This document shows, one piece after another, positions 15,590 through 23,645 of a stretch of 32,000 nucleotides of DNA. The stretch is from positions 1-32,000 of the forward strand of contig CP010424.1 of assembly GCA_000830275.1 (NCBI GenBank), read 5' to 3'. This DNA is from an archaeon GW2011_AR10. GTDB taxonomy: Archaea > Iainarchaeota > Iainarchaeia > Iainarchaeales > GW2011-AR10. The notes beneath the pieces are model-generated. The model searched no databases, was not told the DNA's origin, and saw only the letters and a list, made by a program, of their open reading frames with translations. Both the position numbers and the translations under genes were made by a program. The first letter of the stretch is position 1, and the number at the start of each line of letters is the position of its first letter.

Positions 15590-16368
15590 AAAAATTTCTT
15601 TATTTTCTGGGAGAAGCGTTTTCCCTTCTCCTCAAAGAACCAAGGCTTTTCCTTCCAAAACTTCTGGTGGCTTTCCTTTATGGGGCATTGATGGTTTTCA
15701 CTGCCTCGCTGCTCCTCAAATTCTACTATTTGGATTTTTCTTCTTACGCTTCTGAAAGCATTGAGGCTGTGCAGGCCTTGGCAGGGGATGCCTTTTTGTT
15801 GCTTGCAGTTTCGCTTGCAGTGCTGCTTGTTGACGTAGTAACCAGCGCAATGTACCCTGTAATGGTGAAAGAGTTCAGGCAGGGAAAAAAAATTTCTTTC
15901 CGCAGGGCTTTCTCTTTTGCTTTGCAAAAGTTTTGGGTTACTGTGCCCGCGGTTCTGGCTTACTTGCTGATTTTCTCAATCATTTCTTTTCCGTTTATTT
16001 TCTTTTTTGATTTGGCGGTTGTTTCAGGGAACTTTTCACAACTATTTTTTTCTTTGCTTGGAGTTGTTGCGGTGATTTTCCTTACAAACGTGCTTTTCTA
16101 CTTCATTTACCCTGTTTCAACGCTGGAGAAAGGCAATTTTGTTTCAGCTCTTTTCAGCACTGTGAAGCTAGGCCAAAAGGACTTAAGCATGGTTTCAAAG
16201 GCAGCAGTGTTCCCTTTCATTGTTTCTTTGGCTAACTTTGCTGTTGCATTCCTTGTTGAAAACCCGGCTTTTCTTGCCTTGTTTGTTTTTTTAAGGTTTC
16301 TAACTGCATTGGTTTACAGCTATCACTTGGTTTTAAATCCAGTAATTTACTTTGAGGGGAGAATATAA
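15586..16368 (+). CDS. Polytopic membrane protein, unknown function
   Basis: 260 aa with about 6 hydrophobic helices. It has an ATGA overlap with the RNase gene. Confidence 0.55.
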   Translation: MKKFLYFLGEAFSLLLKEPRLFLPKLLVAFLYGALMVFTASLLLKFYYLDFSSYASESIEAVQALAGDAFLLLAVSLAVLLVDVVTSAMYPVMVKEFRQGKKISFRRAFSFALQKFWVTVPAVLAYLLIFSIISFPFIFFFDLAVVSGNFSQLFFSLLGVVAVIFLTNVLFYFIYPVSTLEKGNFVSALFSTVKLGQKDLSMVSKAAVFPFIVSLANFAVAFLVENPAFLALFVFLRFLTALVYSYHLVLNPVIYFEGRI

Positions 16369-16369
16369 A

Positions 16370-17083
16370 GTGAAACAGTTTTGCCCTGAGTGCGGGAAAG
16401 AGAAAGGCCCATTCCTTAAGGGGTTTTGTTTGGACTGCTTTAAGAAAAAGGGTGATTTGGTTAGTGCTCCAAAGGAAATCGATTTCGAGCACTGCAAGAA
16501 GTGTGGCAAAGCAAGGATTCGCGGCAAGTGGGTTGAGTTAACAGAGGAAGGCCTGGAGGGGCTGGTGAAAGAAAAAATTAAGGAAAAAGAGATGAAAATT
16601 GAAAACAGGATGGTTAGTTTAATCCGCGAGGCCGAAGGAGTTCAGGCACAGGGCCTTAAAGCAGAGGTAACGGCAAAGGGAAGCGTTGATGGAATGCCTT
16701 TAACTGAAAAGCTGGTGGTTGCACTGAAACCAAAAGATGTTATCTGCGTTAACTGTTCAAGGGTTTATGGCAACTACTATGAAGCAACAATTCAGGTTAG
16801 ATTTGGGGGCGTTTCCTTAAAAAAAACTGAGGACGCGGTTCTCAAGAGGATGGCTTCTTTTCTGCAGCGGTTGCATGCAAAGGACCCTTTAGCAGTGATT
16901 GTGTCGGAAAAAAAGCAGAGGAACGGCTTTGATGTTTTAATTGGAAGCAAGCGCGCCGCAAAGCTGCTTGCAGTGCACTTGGCGAAGGACTCGGAGCATG
17001 ATATTAAGCGCTCGTTCTCGCTTGAAGGGGTTGACAAAGCCGGAAAGACAAAAAAGCGTTTCACGTTCTGCGTGAGGCTGTAA
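16370..17083 (+). CDS. NMD3-family protein (archaeal homolog)
   Basis: Contains Cys clusters CPECG...CLDCF and CKKCGKARIRGKW...CVNCSR. The GTG at 16370 is preceded by GAGGGGA. The ORF-track start at 16352 overlaps the preceding gene. Confidence 0.7.
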   Translation: MKQFCPECGKEKGPFLKGFCLDCFKKKGDLVSAPKEIDFEHCKKCGKARIRGKWVELTEEGLEGLVKEKIKEKEMKIENRMVSLIREAEGVQAQGLKAEVTAKGSVDGMPLTEKLVVALKPKDVICVNCSRVYGNYYEATIQVRFGGVSLKKTEDAVLKRMASFLQRLHAKDPLAVIVSEKKQRNGFDVLIGSKRAAKLLAVHLAKDSEHDIKRSFSLEGVDKAGKTKKRFTFCVRL

Positions 17084-17089
17084 AATTAT

Positions 17090-17125
17090 TCCTGCTTCCC
17101 AACACTGCTCTACTGGTGCAATTCC
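17090..17125. repeat. 36-nt imperfect direct repeat, copy 1 (TCCTGCTTCCCAACACTGCTCTACTGGTGCAATTCC)
   Basis: It matches 18360-18395 at 30 of 36 positions by my count, and the first 13 nt are identical. It lies 7 nt after the NMD3 stop. Confidence 0.7.
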
Positions 17126-17151
17126 TGCTGGTTTTCTATTAACTTTTAATG

Positions 17152-18237
17152 TTATAATCCAAATGCATGCATCAATACTTCTTTCCCTTGCGCAACCATG
17201 CCTTTTCTGTTCTCCTTATAACGCCTGTATCCTACAGGATCAAATTTTTTTAGCCCGGTTTCTGCGCCTCCAAAAATAGGATATTGCACTTCGCCAACTA
17301 CGGGCTCTATTTTTCCTGTTTGTGGATTAAGCTCTCCCGTAATGTCAACAGCCGCTTCTCTTGCATAAAATTCAGATTTTGGCAATCCAGTAATATATTT
17401 TTCCGCCATCCTTTGTATATGTGAATTGATTGCCCCCATCGCTTTTTCTGCTTCGGCGTTGGCTCTTCTAAAAAATTCAGAAGCTAAAACTCCAATCCCT
17501 GCTTTGGTTTTATGTGGGTAAAGGGTCTTGTATATTCCGGAAATAACTCTTGAGGCCTCTTCTTCTCTGCCTCCTAGGGCTACATTTGCAGCAATGTTGT
17601 CTCCCCCCACTTTAGCAAAGTGTCCGACAACTGTAGGCTTTCTTTCAGGGCTTTGGACGATTGTTCTGATTTCCCATTTCCGTCCCTCGTATAATGGCAT
17701 TCGTATTTCTCTTTCAGCGATATGTCTATAGGCAAATCTGGCGGAACTAATTTCCCCTAAAACTCTTTGGATAGATCTTTCCCTGCTTAATAGAATTTCT
17801 ATTTTCTTGTCGCCTGCCACTCTGAATGAACCCAAAGGCAAAGTTTCGGCCAATGATTTAAAAGCAGTATCTTCGCTCACAGTTATAACTAAAGTATTTC
17901 CGTTTTTCTGAATTCTTGCGATGCCCCAACCTTCTGAAGCCATCATGCCAGTCGGTTTCAAAAAAACTGAACCTTCTCTTTTGATTTTATCTGCTAAAGC
18001 ATTAACAGCATAATCATTGCGTGTCGGTTTTCTCACAAGTTCTTTCCTTGGCCTAAAGCTAACAAAAGTAGAATGAGGCCTTCTGACTTTTCCTTTTATT
18101 ATCTCATAGAGTATTTGCTTTGAAAACCATTTTTTTGCCCCTTGTTTAGTGAAAACCCAGTCAAAGAATACTTCAGGAAACATAAAGAATTTTGCATGTT
18201 GTTCTGAATTTCTTAAAAAATCTGTAGCATAACGCAT
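17152..18237 (-). CDS. ATP-grasp protein, YheC/YheD-like
   Basis: Contains VFLKPTGMMASEGWGIARI, WEIRTIVQSPERKPTVVGHFAKVGGDNIAANVALGGREE. The ATG at 18237 (MRYATDF) is preferred; the ORF-track start at 18318 would add an Arg/Pro-rich extension. Confidence 0.55.
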   Translation of the reverse strand: MRYATDFLRNSEQHAKFFMFPEVFFDWVFTKQGAKKWFSKQILYEIIKGKVRRPHSTFVSFRPRKELVRKPTRNDYAVNALADKIKREGSVFLKPTGMMASEGWGIARIQKNGNTLVITVSEDTAFKSLAETLPLGSFRVAGDKKIEILLSRERSIQRVLGEISSARFAYRHIAEREIRMPLYEGRKWEIRTIVQSPERKPTVVGHFAKVGGDNIAANVALGGREEEASRVISGIYKTLYPHKTKAGIGVLASEFFRRANAEAEKAMGAINSHIQRMAEKYITGLPKSEFYAREAAVDITGELNPQTGKIEPVVGEVQYPIFGGAETGLKKFDPVGYRRYKENRKGMVAQGKEVLMHAFGL

Positions 18238-18359
18238 AATTCTCCGTCTGTAGGGATGATTAATTTTGATTTGTCTTTGGGGTGGTTGGCTTGCAACTCT
18301 TCTGAGATGAGTTCTCATATTACTGTTTTATGTGATATATAGAATAAAAAAGATAACCA

Positions 18360-18395
18360 TCCTGCTTCCCAATACTGCTCTGTGAGTGCAAATCC
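18360..18395. repeat. 36-nt imperfect direct repeat, copy 2 (TCCTGCTTCCCAATACTGCTCTGTGAGTGCAAATCC)
   Basis: See copy 1. It is followed by the small hairpin CCGCC-ATTTTG-GGCGG. Confidence 0.7.
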
Positions 18396-18545
18396 GCCAT
18401 TTTGGGCGGCTACATTTTTAAATATATCTGAGATTTTGGCTACCTTGCCAAAAAAGAATCAGGAATCCCGCCTCCCGGAGTTGCGAATGGGAAACCTAAA
18501 ATTAGTTTTTGGGGTAGGCTGTGTGTTAAGTGAAGTCGTTTGAGG

Positions 18546-19241
18546 TTATTTTCCTTCGAGGACTTTCTTTATTTTTTCCACTGGCATCATTGTTGTTAGC
18601 AAGGGGATTTTTTCTGATTCCGCGATTTTTACTGCGATTGGGTCAACTTTTTCGATGCCGTGAAGCACCACTACATTGGGGCGCATTTCAGTGGAAAACC
18701 TGCCAACCTTTACTGCAATCATTGGGCTTCTTCCTGTTTCAACCTGCAGGAAAATCAGCGCTCTTTCAGGAGTTTTTCCGTACATCTGCATGTACTCGTG
18801 CACTGGCACTTCCAGAATGACTTTAAGCGAGTCAATGATCGTGTAACCGTAAACCTTTGTTTCCTTGAGCTTGGAGGGATTGGCAACGATTTTTGCCTCT
18901 ATTTTGTCTGCGAACTCTTTTCCGTTGAGGGACTTGGTGAACTCGCAGATGTCAAAAACATCTTCTTTTGGCTTGAAGTCCTTCTCCAGCTGCTTGCGCA
19001 CTTTGCCTCCGCGCTTGCTGTCAATGTCAATTAGTGCTTCAACCAGCCTGCTTATTATTGCAATGCCGGGAGACTTTCTCCTGCCGCCCTCGTAATCCGA
19101 AATTGTTGAGCTGCTGATCTTTAAGTGTTTGGCTAGCTCTGTTTGAGATATGCCAAAAATTTCTCGCCATTTTTTCATGCTGCTGCTTGGGTCCTTGCTT
19201 AAGCAGATTTCCCCGGCAATTATTGTTTCAAGCTGGTCCAT
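18546..19241 (-). CDS. XRE-type HTH transcriptional regulator with C-terminal domain (COG1709-like)
   Basis: Contains MKKWREIFGISQTELAKHLKISSSTISDYEGGRRKSP. The ATG at 19241 (MDQLETII) is preferred over the upstream start at 19268. Confidence 0.7.
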   Translation of the reverse strand: MDQLETIIAGEICLSKDPSSSMKKWREIFGISQTELAKHLKISSSTISDYEGGRRKSPGIAIISRLVEALIDIDSKRGGKVRKQLEKDFKPKEDVFDICEFTKSLNGKEFADKIEAKIVANPSKLKETKVYGYTIIDSLKVILEVPVHEYMQMYGKTPERALIFLQVETGRSPMIAVKVGRFSTEMRPNVVVLHGIEKVDPIAVKIAESEKIPLLTTMMPVEKIKKVLEGK

Positions 19242-19415
19242 TTCACAAATTATTGAAAAAATGAACATAAAAAGCTTTCGTCAATCGCCAACCCCGCAAT
19301 TTCAAATAGTCGAAAACCGCATTTTTTATCGTCAAAAGACGAATTTTTAGGGTCTGAGAACGAAAAACTTATAAAGAAAATTACTGGAAATGTAGGAGTA
19401 GGAGGTGTTGCTTGA

Positions 19416-19781
19416 ATGGCATCACAGCAAGTTGGCAGTTATGCTTTCTTGGCCGGTACAGTCATCGCAATTCTTGTGGGACTGTTAATTGGTGCAGGAC
19501 AGGCTGCTGTTCTTGGAGGAATTGGAACATGGATTCCGCTGGTACTCATCATTTTGGGTGTCGTAGTCGGAGTTCTGAATATTGGCGACAAAGAAGTTGA
19601 CAAGTTCCTCATCGCCTCAATTGCCTTGCTCGCCTTGGCTGGAAGCGCTGGTGGACTAATCACCATTCCTGCCGTCGGAACGTACCTTGTGGCAATTGTG
19701 CAGAACATAGCTGTCTTTGTTGCACCAGCCGCTTTGATTGTTGCATTAAAGGCAATCAAAGGACTAGCTGAAGCACAGTGA
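19416..19781 (+). CDS. Small Gly/Ala/Ile-rich membrane protein (3-4 TM)
   Basis: 121 aa with an ATG start. A strong SD, GGAGGTG, lies about 10 nt upstream, and a hairpin + T-run follows the gene. Confidence 0.65.
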   Translation: MASQQVGSYAFLAGTVIAILVGLLIGAGQAAVLGGIGTWIPLVLIILGVVVGVLNIGDKEVDKFLIASIALLALAGSAGGLITIPAVGTYLVAIVQNIAVFVAPAALIVALKAIKGLAEAQ

Positions 19782-19797
19782 CGAAGAGGTAAATTGC

Positions 19798-19834
19798 GGA
19801 TTGGGAACCCAATCCCCCTTCTTTCTTTTTTTTG
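19798..19834 (+). terminator. Hairpin GGATTGGG/CCCAATCC followed by a T-run
   Basis: The arms are at 19798-19805 and 19808-19815. They are followed by CCCTTCTTTCTTTTTTTT, 17 nt after the stop. Confidence 0.55.
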
Positions 19835-20004
19835 CTACTAATTAGTGTTCTAAATTTTTCTATTTCTTTATCAGAAAAACCTGTGTTTTTCCGATGCCTT
19901 TTCCTCTATTAATTTTTGCAAATTTTTCTATATGGGTTTTTACTAATTTTTTCGCATGAATTTTGCTGAAGAAATAGAGCGGATCGGGTGGGGCCCAGAA
20001 ACAC

Positions 20005-20030
20005 CTTTTCTTTTTCGTGAAAAAGAAAAG
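20005..20030 (-). terminator. Perfect 12-nt-arm hairpin CTTTTCTTTTTC-GT-GAAAAAGAAAAG downstream of tRNA-Arg
   Basis: The inverted repeat is read directly from the sequence. It lies about 35 nt past the tRNA 3' end on the minus strand. Confidence 0.5.
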
Positions 20031-20064
20031 CTGTACCAAAAGAAAAAGCCATAATTACTGTAAG

Positions 20065-20161
20065 CGGACCGGGCGGGATTCGAACTCGCGGCCCCTTCCT
20101 TTCACCTCTTGCAGTTGAAGAGTAGGAGGGAAGTGCTCTGTCCAAGCTGAGCTACCGGTCC
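20065..20161 (-). tRNA. tRNA-Arg (anticodon CCT) with a ~22-nt intron at the canonical 37/38 position
   Basis: Hand-folded cloverleaf. Acceptor GGACCGG/CCGGTCC, D-arm GCTC-AGCTTGGACA-GAGC, anticodon stem CTTCC/GGAAG with loop CTCCTA|intron|A. T-arm GCGAG-TTCGAAT-CCCGC with one A-C mismatch. Discriminator G, and no encoded CCA. Confidence 0.85.
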
Positions 20162-20336
20162 AACATTTCAAGCATCCTTTGGCCCTTAGAGCTTTATTAG
20201 GGCGATAAAAACTTATCCTCTGCAAGAATTTTAAAAGCATGTTTTTTTGCTTAATTCTTAGTTAATAGGGGTCATTAGCAGAACCATTAAATATTCCCTA
20301 AACCTTATGTTTGGTATTGAGTGGAATGGTGCTTAC

Positions 20337-22907
20337 ATGAATAAAAACTCAATAATGCTTTTTGCTATTTTGCTCATTATTTTTCTTTCCGGCTGTAACA
20401 TAGAGGTTCCTGTTTGCGGTGATGGATTGTGCGTCAGCGGCATTGAAAATGACGGGACAAACATTAATTATTGTCCTCAGGATTGTGAACCGGAAACCGA
20501 TTCAATTGACCTTGTTTGCGGCGACGGAGTTTGCGTTAGCGGTGTTGAAGACAGTTCTGTGAACGAAAATTATTGCCCACAAGATTGCATCGAAAAGGAA
20601 CGCAAGCCTGGCGAATTGCCTCCCCCTGAATTGCTTCCTGATGATAACCCGCAATGCCAGAGGGACAGTTATTCTGGCCCCTGCAAAGCCAAGCTGAGAA
20701 GATATTTTTTCGATAATGAAACTGGCATGTGCCGTGAATTCGATTGGGGTGGGTGCGCAGATGTGGAGCCATTCAGGACATTGGAGGAGTGCCAGAGAAG
20801 ATGTGAATACCAACTCCCTCCAGAGATTTCAGTTTCAACCGAGAAACTCTTTTTCAGTAGCGGGGAACAGATAACTCTCACTCCGGGCTCGCCTCAAGCA
20901 AAAACTGCCAAAGAAGTTATTGCAGAAGAGGATCCCCAAAATTATTTGGGTGGCATAATAATCATTCAGTACGGTCACAAGGGCGATTCTGCGTCCTCCA
21001 AAATCCCTAAAGGCACAACTGAATTTTCCATAAGAGAAGAGCACGAAGCTGTTGTGGACAGGCTTTTTTCCGCTTACGGGCTTTCAGAGTCGAAGAGTGT
21101 GAACAAAAGATTTGAGTCATTGCACGAGTCACTCATTTTCAGGATGGAAACTGAAAACAAGACAGAGCTCGAGGTGGAGCAGGATATTTTCCTGGCGAGA
21201 GCTGAGAAAGACCCCTCCTTGAAGAGCAGTGGGAAATCTCCTCCAAGCAGGGATTATGGGTTGTCAAGGAGGATTGTCCTCTACGTTGATGATTCGCTTG
21301 ATGAGTTGTCATTGGTTAAGCGTATGAGAGCTAACGAGGAAGACTTGGGCGAATTCATAATTCAGGAAGCATACGTCGAGGAACTTATTGAGCTGGACCG
21401 TGTTCCGGACGACCCGCGCTTTTCAACCCAATGGGGTTTGCAGGACTTCCCCGGAGTTAGCGCGCCATTGGCCTGGGACATTGAGATGGGAAACCCAAAC
21501 ATCAAAATCGCAGTGCTCGACTCGGGGCTTTATTACTATCACGAGGATTTGCAAAACAACATCTGGCTTAATCAGGCTGAAATTAAGGCAGATAATGGCC
21601 AGTATCCCCCAAGATTGATTGACTCTAATGGAAACGGGATAATAGATCCCGAGGAACTGCTGGCAGTCATTGGTGACTGGGACCAAAGTGGCACCATTAA
21701 TCTTGCGGATGCTTTGGTTGCTGTGCTTGAAAACCCATTCGTTAATGGTGTTGACGAGGATGGAGATGGCTTGGCTGATAATTTGCTTGGGTGGGATTTC
21801 ACGAACATTCCCAGTATTTCTGCAGTGATTGATTACTGCCACAGCGCGGATCCTGATGCCGAGGATTATTTTACCGTTGACAATGACCCTCTCACCACCA
21901 TTGACAGGCATGGTACTTTTATCGCGGGCATTGCTGCGGCAGTTACTAACAATGCCACTGGCATTGCTGGCACCTGCCCGGAGTGTTCCATAATGCCCCT
22001 CAGGGTGGGTTACGCCCTTAATAACGGGTGTCAAGGCGGGACTGATGGTTACATAATGCCACATCTTGTTGAACAGGCTCTTTATTATGCGGTTGAACAT
22101 GGCGCTGATATCGTGAACATGAGTTTCGGGAATTCATCCAGTTCCCGCTACAGCCACGCGGCAATCACAATGGCCCATGACAACGGCGTACTACTAATTG
22201 CAACCGCCGGGAACAACGACAGGAATGAGAGGCGCTGGCCTGCCTCTTTCCCGGAGGTCATGTCGGTTGCCGCCACGGATGATTCAGGCAGGCGAGCACA
22301 CGTCGACGGGTTTTGGGGCTCCAATTGGCATACCGATGTCGAAATTTCGGCGCCGGGCAAGGATGTGTATAGTACGATAACGCCCTCCTTCTCCAGCTTG
22401 TACAATTATGGCAGCGGCACATCCTACTCGGCTCCAAGAGTTGCGGGAGTTGCCGGCTTGGTGAAAAGCTATAACCCAGAACTGACTAACGAGCAGATAA
22501 GGCAAGTTCTGATATCAACTTCTACACCAGTCATTCCCCCGGTGGGGCATGTTGATGGTCAGCCATATCCACTTGATAATGCGGGCATAGTGAATGCACA
22601 GGCAGCTTTGCGCTCAATTTATGAGGAACCTCCAAGGCTACCCTCGCTGCTGAGCAACCCCAATGGTTCTGGCATGCAGGGAACCCTGAAATTTATGGTT
22701 ATTTTTTTCAACGGCTCAATCTGGGTTAATTATGGGGAAGAGCATACAGAGGAAATAACAATCCCCCTACATGGCACAGTGGAATTGGCTCCAAAATTCA
22801 GTTCCCTTGACATAAGGATTAATGATCCTGGAAAATACCGTGTGTATTCTGAATTCCTATGGCGCAGGGGAGTAATTTCATCAGCGTCAGAGTTCATGGT
22901 AGAATAA
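20337..22907 (+). CDS. Secreted lipobox subtilisin-like serine protease (S8) with N-terminal Cys-rich repeats and a Kunitz/BPTI domain
   Basis: Begins MNKNSIMLFAILLIIFLSGC (lipobox-like). The catalytic motifs are IAVLDSG (Asp), DRHGTFIAG (His) and GSGTSYSAPRVAG (Ser). The ATG at 20337 is preferred over the ATG at 20307. Confidence 0.9.
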   Translation: MNKNSIMLFAILLIIFLSGCNIEVPVCGDGLCVSGIENDGTNINYCPQDCEPETDSIDLVCGDGVCVSGVEDSSVNENYCPQDCIEKERKPGELPPPELLPDDNPQCQRDSYSGPCKAKLRRYFFDNETGMCREFDWGGCADVEPFRTLEECQRRCEYQLPPEISVSTEKLFFSSGEQITLTPGSPQAKTAKEVIAEEDPQNYLGGIIIIQYGHKGDSASSKIPKGTTEFSIREEHEAVVDRLFSAYGLSESKSVNKRFESLHESLIFRMETENKTELEVEQDIFLARAEKDPSLKSSGKSPPSRDYGLSRRIVLYVDDSLDELSLVKRMRANEEDLGEFIIQEAYVEELIELDRVPDDPRFSTQWGLQDFPGVSAPLAWDIEMGNPNIKIAVLDSGLYYYHEDLQNNIWLNQAEIKADNGQYPPRLIDSNGNGIIDPEELLAVIGDWDQSGTINLADALVAVLENPFVNGVDEDGDGLADNLLGWDFTNIPSISAVIDYCHSADPDAEDYFTVDNDPLTTIDRHGTFIAGIAAAVTNNATGIAGTCPECSIMPLRVGYALNNGCQGGTDGYIMPHLVEQALYYAVEHGADIVNMSFGNSSSSRYSHAAITMAHDNGVLLIATAGNNDRNERRWPASFPEVMSVAATDDSGRRAHVDGFWGSNWHTDVEISAPGKDVYSTITPSFSSLYNYGSGTSYSAPRVAGVAGLVKSYNPELTNEQIRQVLISTSTPVIPPVGHVDGQPYPLDNAGIVNAQAALRSIYEEPPRLPSLLSNPNGSGMQGTLKFMVIFFNGSIWVNYGEEHTEEITIPLHGTVELAPKFSSLDIRINDPGKYRVYSEFLWRRGVISSASEFMVE

Positions 22908-23029
22908 GTTTCTGCTATCTTCTTGTAATAACTTTTATTTTTCTTGCTGAGGATTGTATTTAGCCAGCTTATTCCGTCATCTATGGTTTTTCCTTATATA
23001 AAAAACTGTTTTCAGCATATTGGCTATTA

Positions 23030-23203
23030 TTAGCCGGTAATCAGATAGAGTTCGACAAGTACAGTTCCAAGTAGAAGGAGAAAACCGAAACCTGAAAAAA
23101 ATTTATCGTTAACTGCGGCGATTCCAGAGGCTGATACAAATGAAAAGAAAACGAAAAAAATTGATGTAAGGATAAAAGTTTGGGTGAGTTTTTTCAAAAT
23201 CAT
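23030..23203 (-). CDS. Possible small membrane protein (57 aa)
   Basis: Begins at an internal ATG of the 132-aa ORF: MILKKLTQTFILTSIFFVFFSFVSASGIAAVNDKFFSGFGFLLLLGTVLVELYLITG, giving two hydrophobic helices. The upstream part of the ORF overlaps the + strand ORF and looks non-coding. Confidence 0.3.
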   Translation of the reverse strand: MILKKLTQTFILTSIFFVFFSFVSASGIAAVNDKFFSGFGFLLLLGTVLVELYLITG

Positions 23204-23348
23204 CTTTACACCAAGAAAAGGTTGAACACAAAAAAGAAAGAAATGAACAGCGTTTCCTCCACTAAAGGAAGCTTTTTTGAAAGCGCAGGAGTGTTTTCGG
23301 CAAGCGCCAGAGTTGCAACCTCTGTCATATAATACAGGCCCAGAAAGG

Positions 23349-23645
23349 ATGCAACGTAGAGGTGCCATCCAAGCAGGGCTGCAAAATCTCAAGCCAGAAA
23401 AGGAAAAGCAGCTTAAAAAATTTATCAAAAACAGCCCGGTTGTAAATTATGCGCCGAGACTTATTGGAAAATTCGATTTGCTAGTTTCAATCAAGTCAAA
23501 GGATTTGCAGGATTTTTACGGGTTTGTGGACGAGTTCAGGACAAATTTTCCCGGAATAATTCATTCATTTGACTCAATGCTTGTTGAGGAGCAAATAAAG
23601 GTTTCCACTAACCAGTACACGGAGATACTAAAGAAGCAGGCTTAA
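23349..23645 (+). CDS. Lrp/AsnC ligand-binding (RAM) domain protein lacking an HTH, possibly a remnant
   Basis: NSPVVNYAPRLIGKFDLLVSIKSKDLQDFYGFVDEFRTNFPGIIHSFDSMLVEEQIKV resembles the AsnC C-terminal domain. No HTH is seen upstream, and the start is uncertain. Confidence 0.35.
   Translation: MQRRGAIQAGLQNLKPEKEKQLKKFIKNSPVVNYAPRLIGKFDLLVSIKSKDLQDFYGFVDEFRTNFPGIIHSFDSMLVEEQIKVSTNQYTEILKKQA

Noticed and set aside
15490-15927. 145-aa minus-strand ORF spanning the RNase/membrane-protein junction.
   Set aside because: It is antisense to two well-supported, translationally coupled + strand genes.
18463-18480. GAATCCCGCC-TCCCGGAG resembles the 3' T-arm/acceptor end of a tRNA. It shares a 10-mer with tRNA-Arg at 20065-20161. 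It lies 68 nt from the second 36-nt repeat, hinting at a tRNA-targeting integration scar.
   Set aside because: There is no matching 5' acceptor or T-stem partner upstream. The direct repeats themselves are not tRNA-like, and no integrase is present. A single 10-mer match could be chance.
19909-20240. 78-aa and 61-aa minus-strand ORFs.
   Set aside because: They overlap the tRNA-Arg gene and its terminator hairpin.
21423-22100. 225-aa minus-strand ORF and several 60-100-aa ORFs (20502-21044, 21572-21808, 22148-22505) inside the subtilase gene.
   Set aside because: They are antisense or alternate-frame ORFs within a CDS that has a clear catalytic triad and domain structure. None has a motif of its own.
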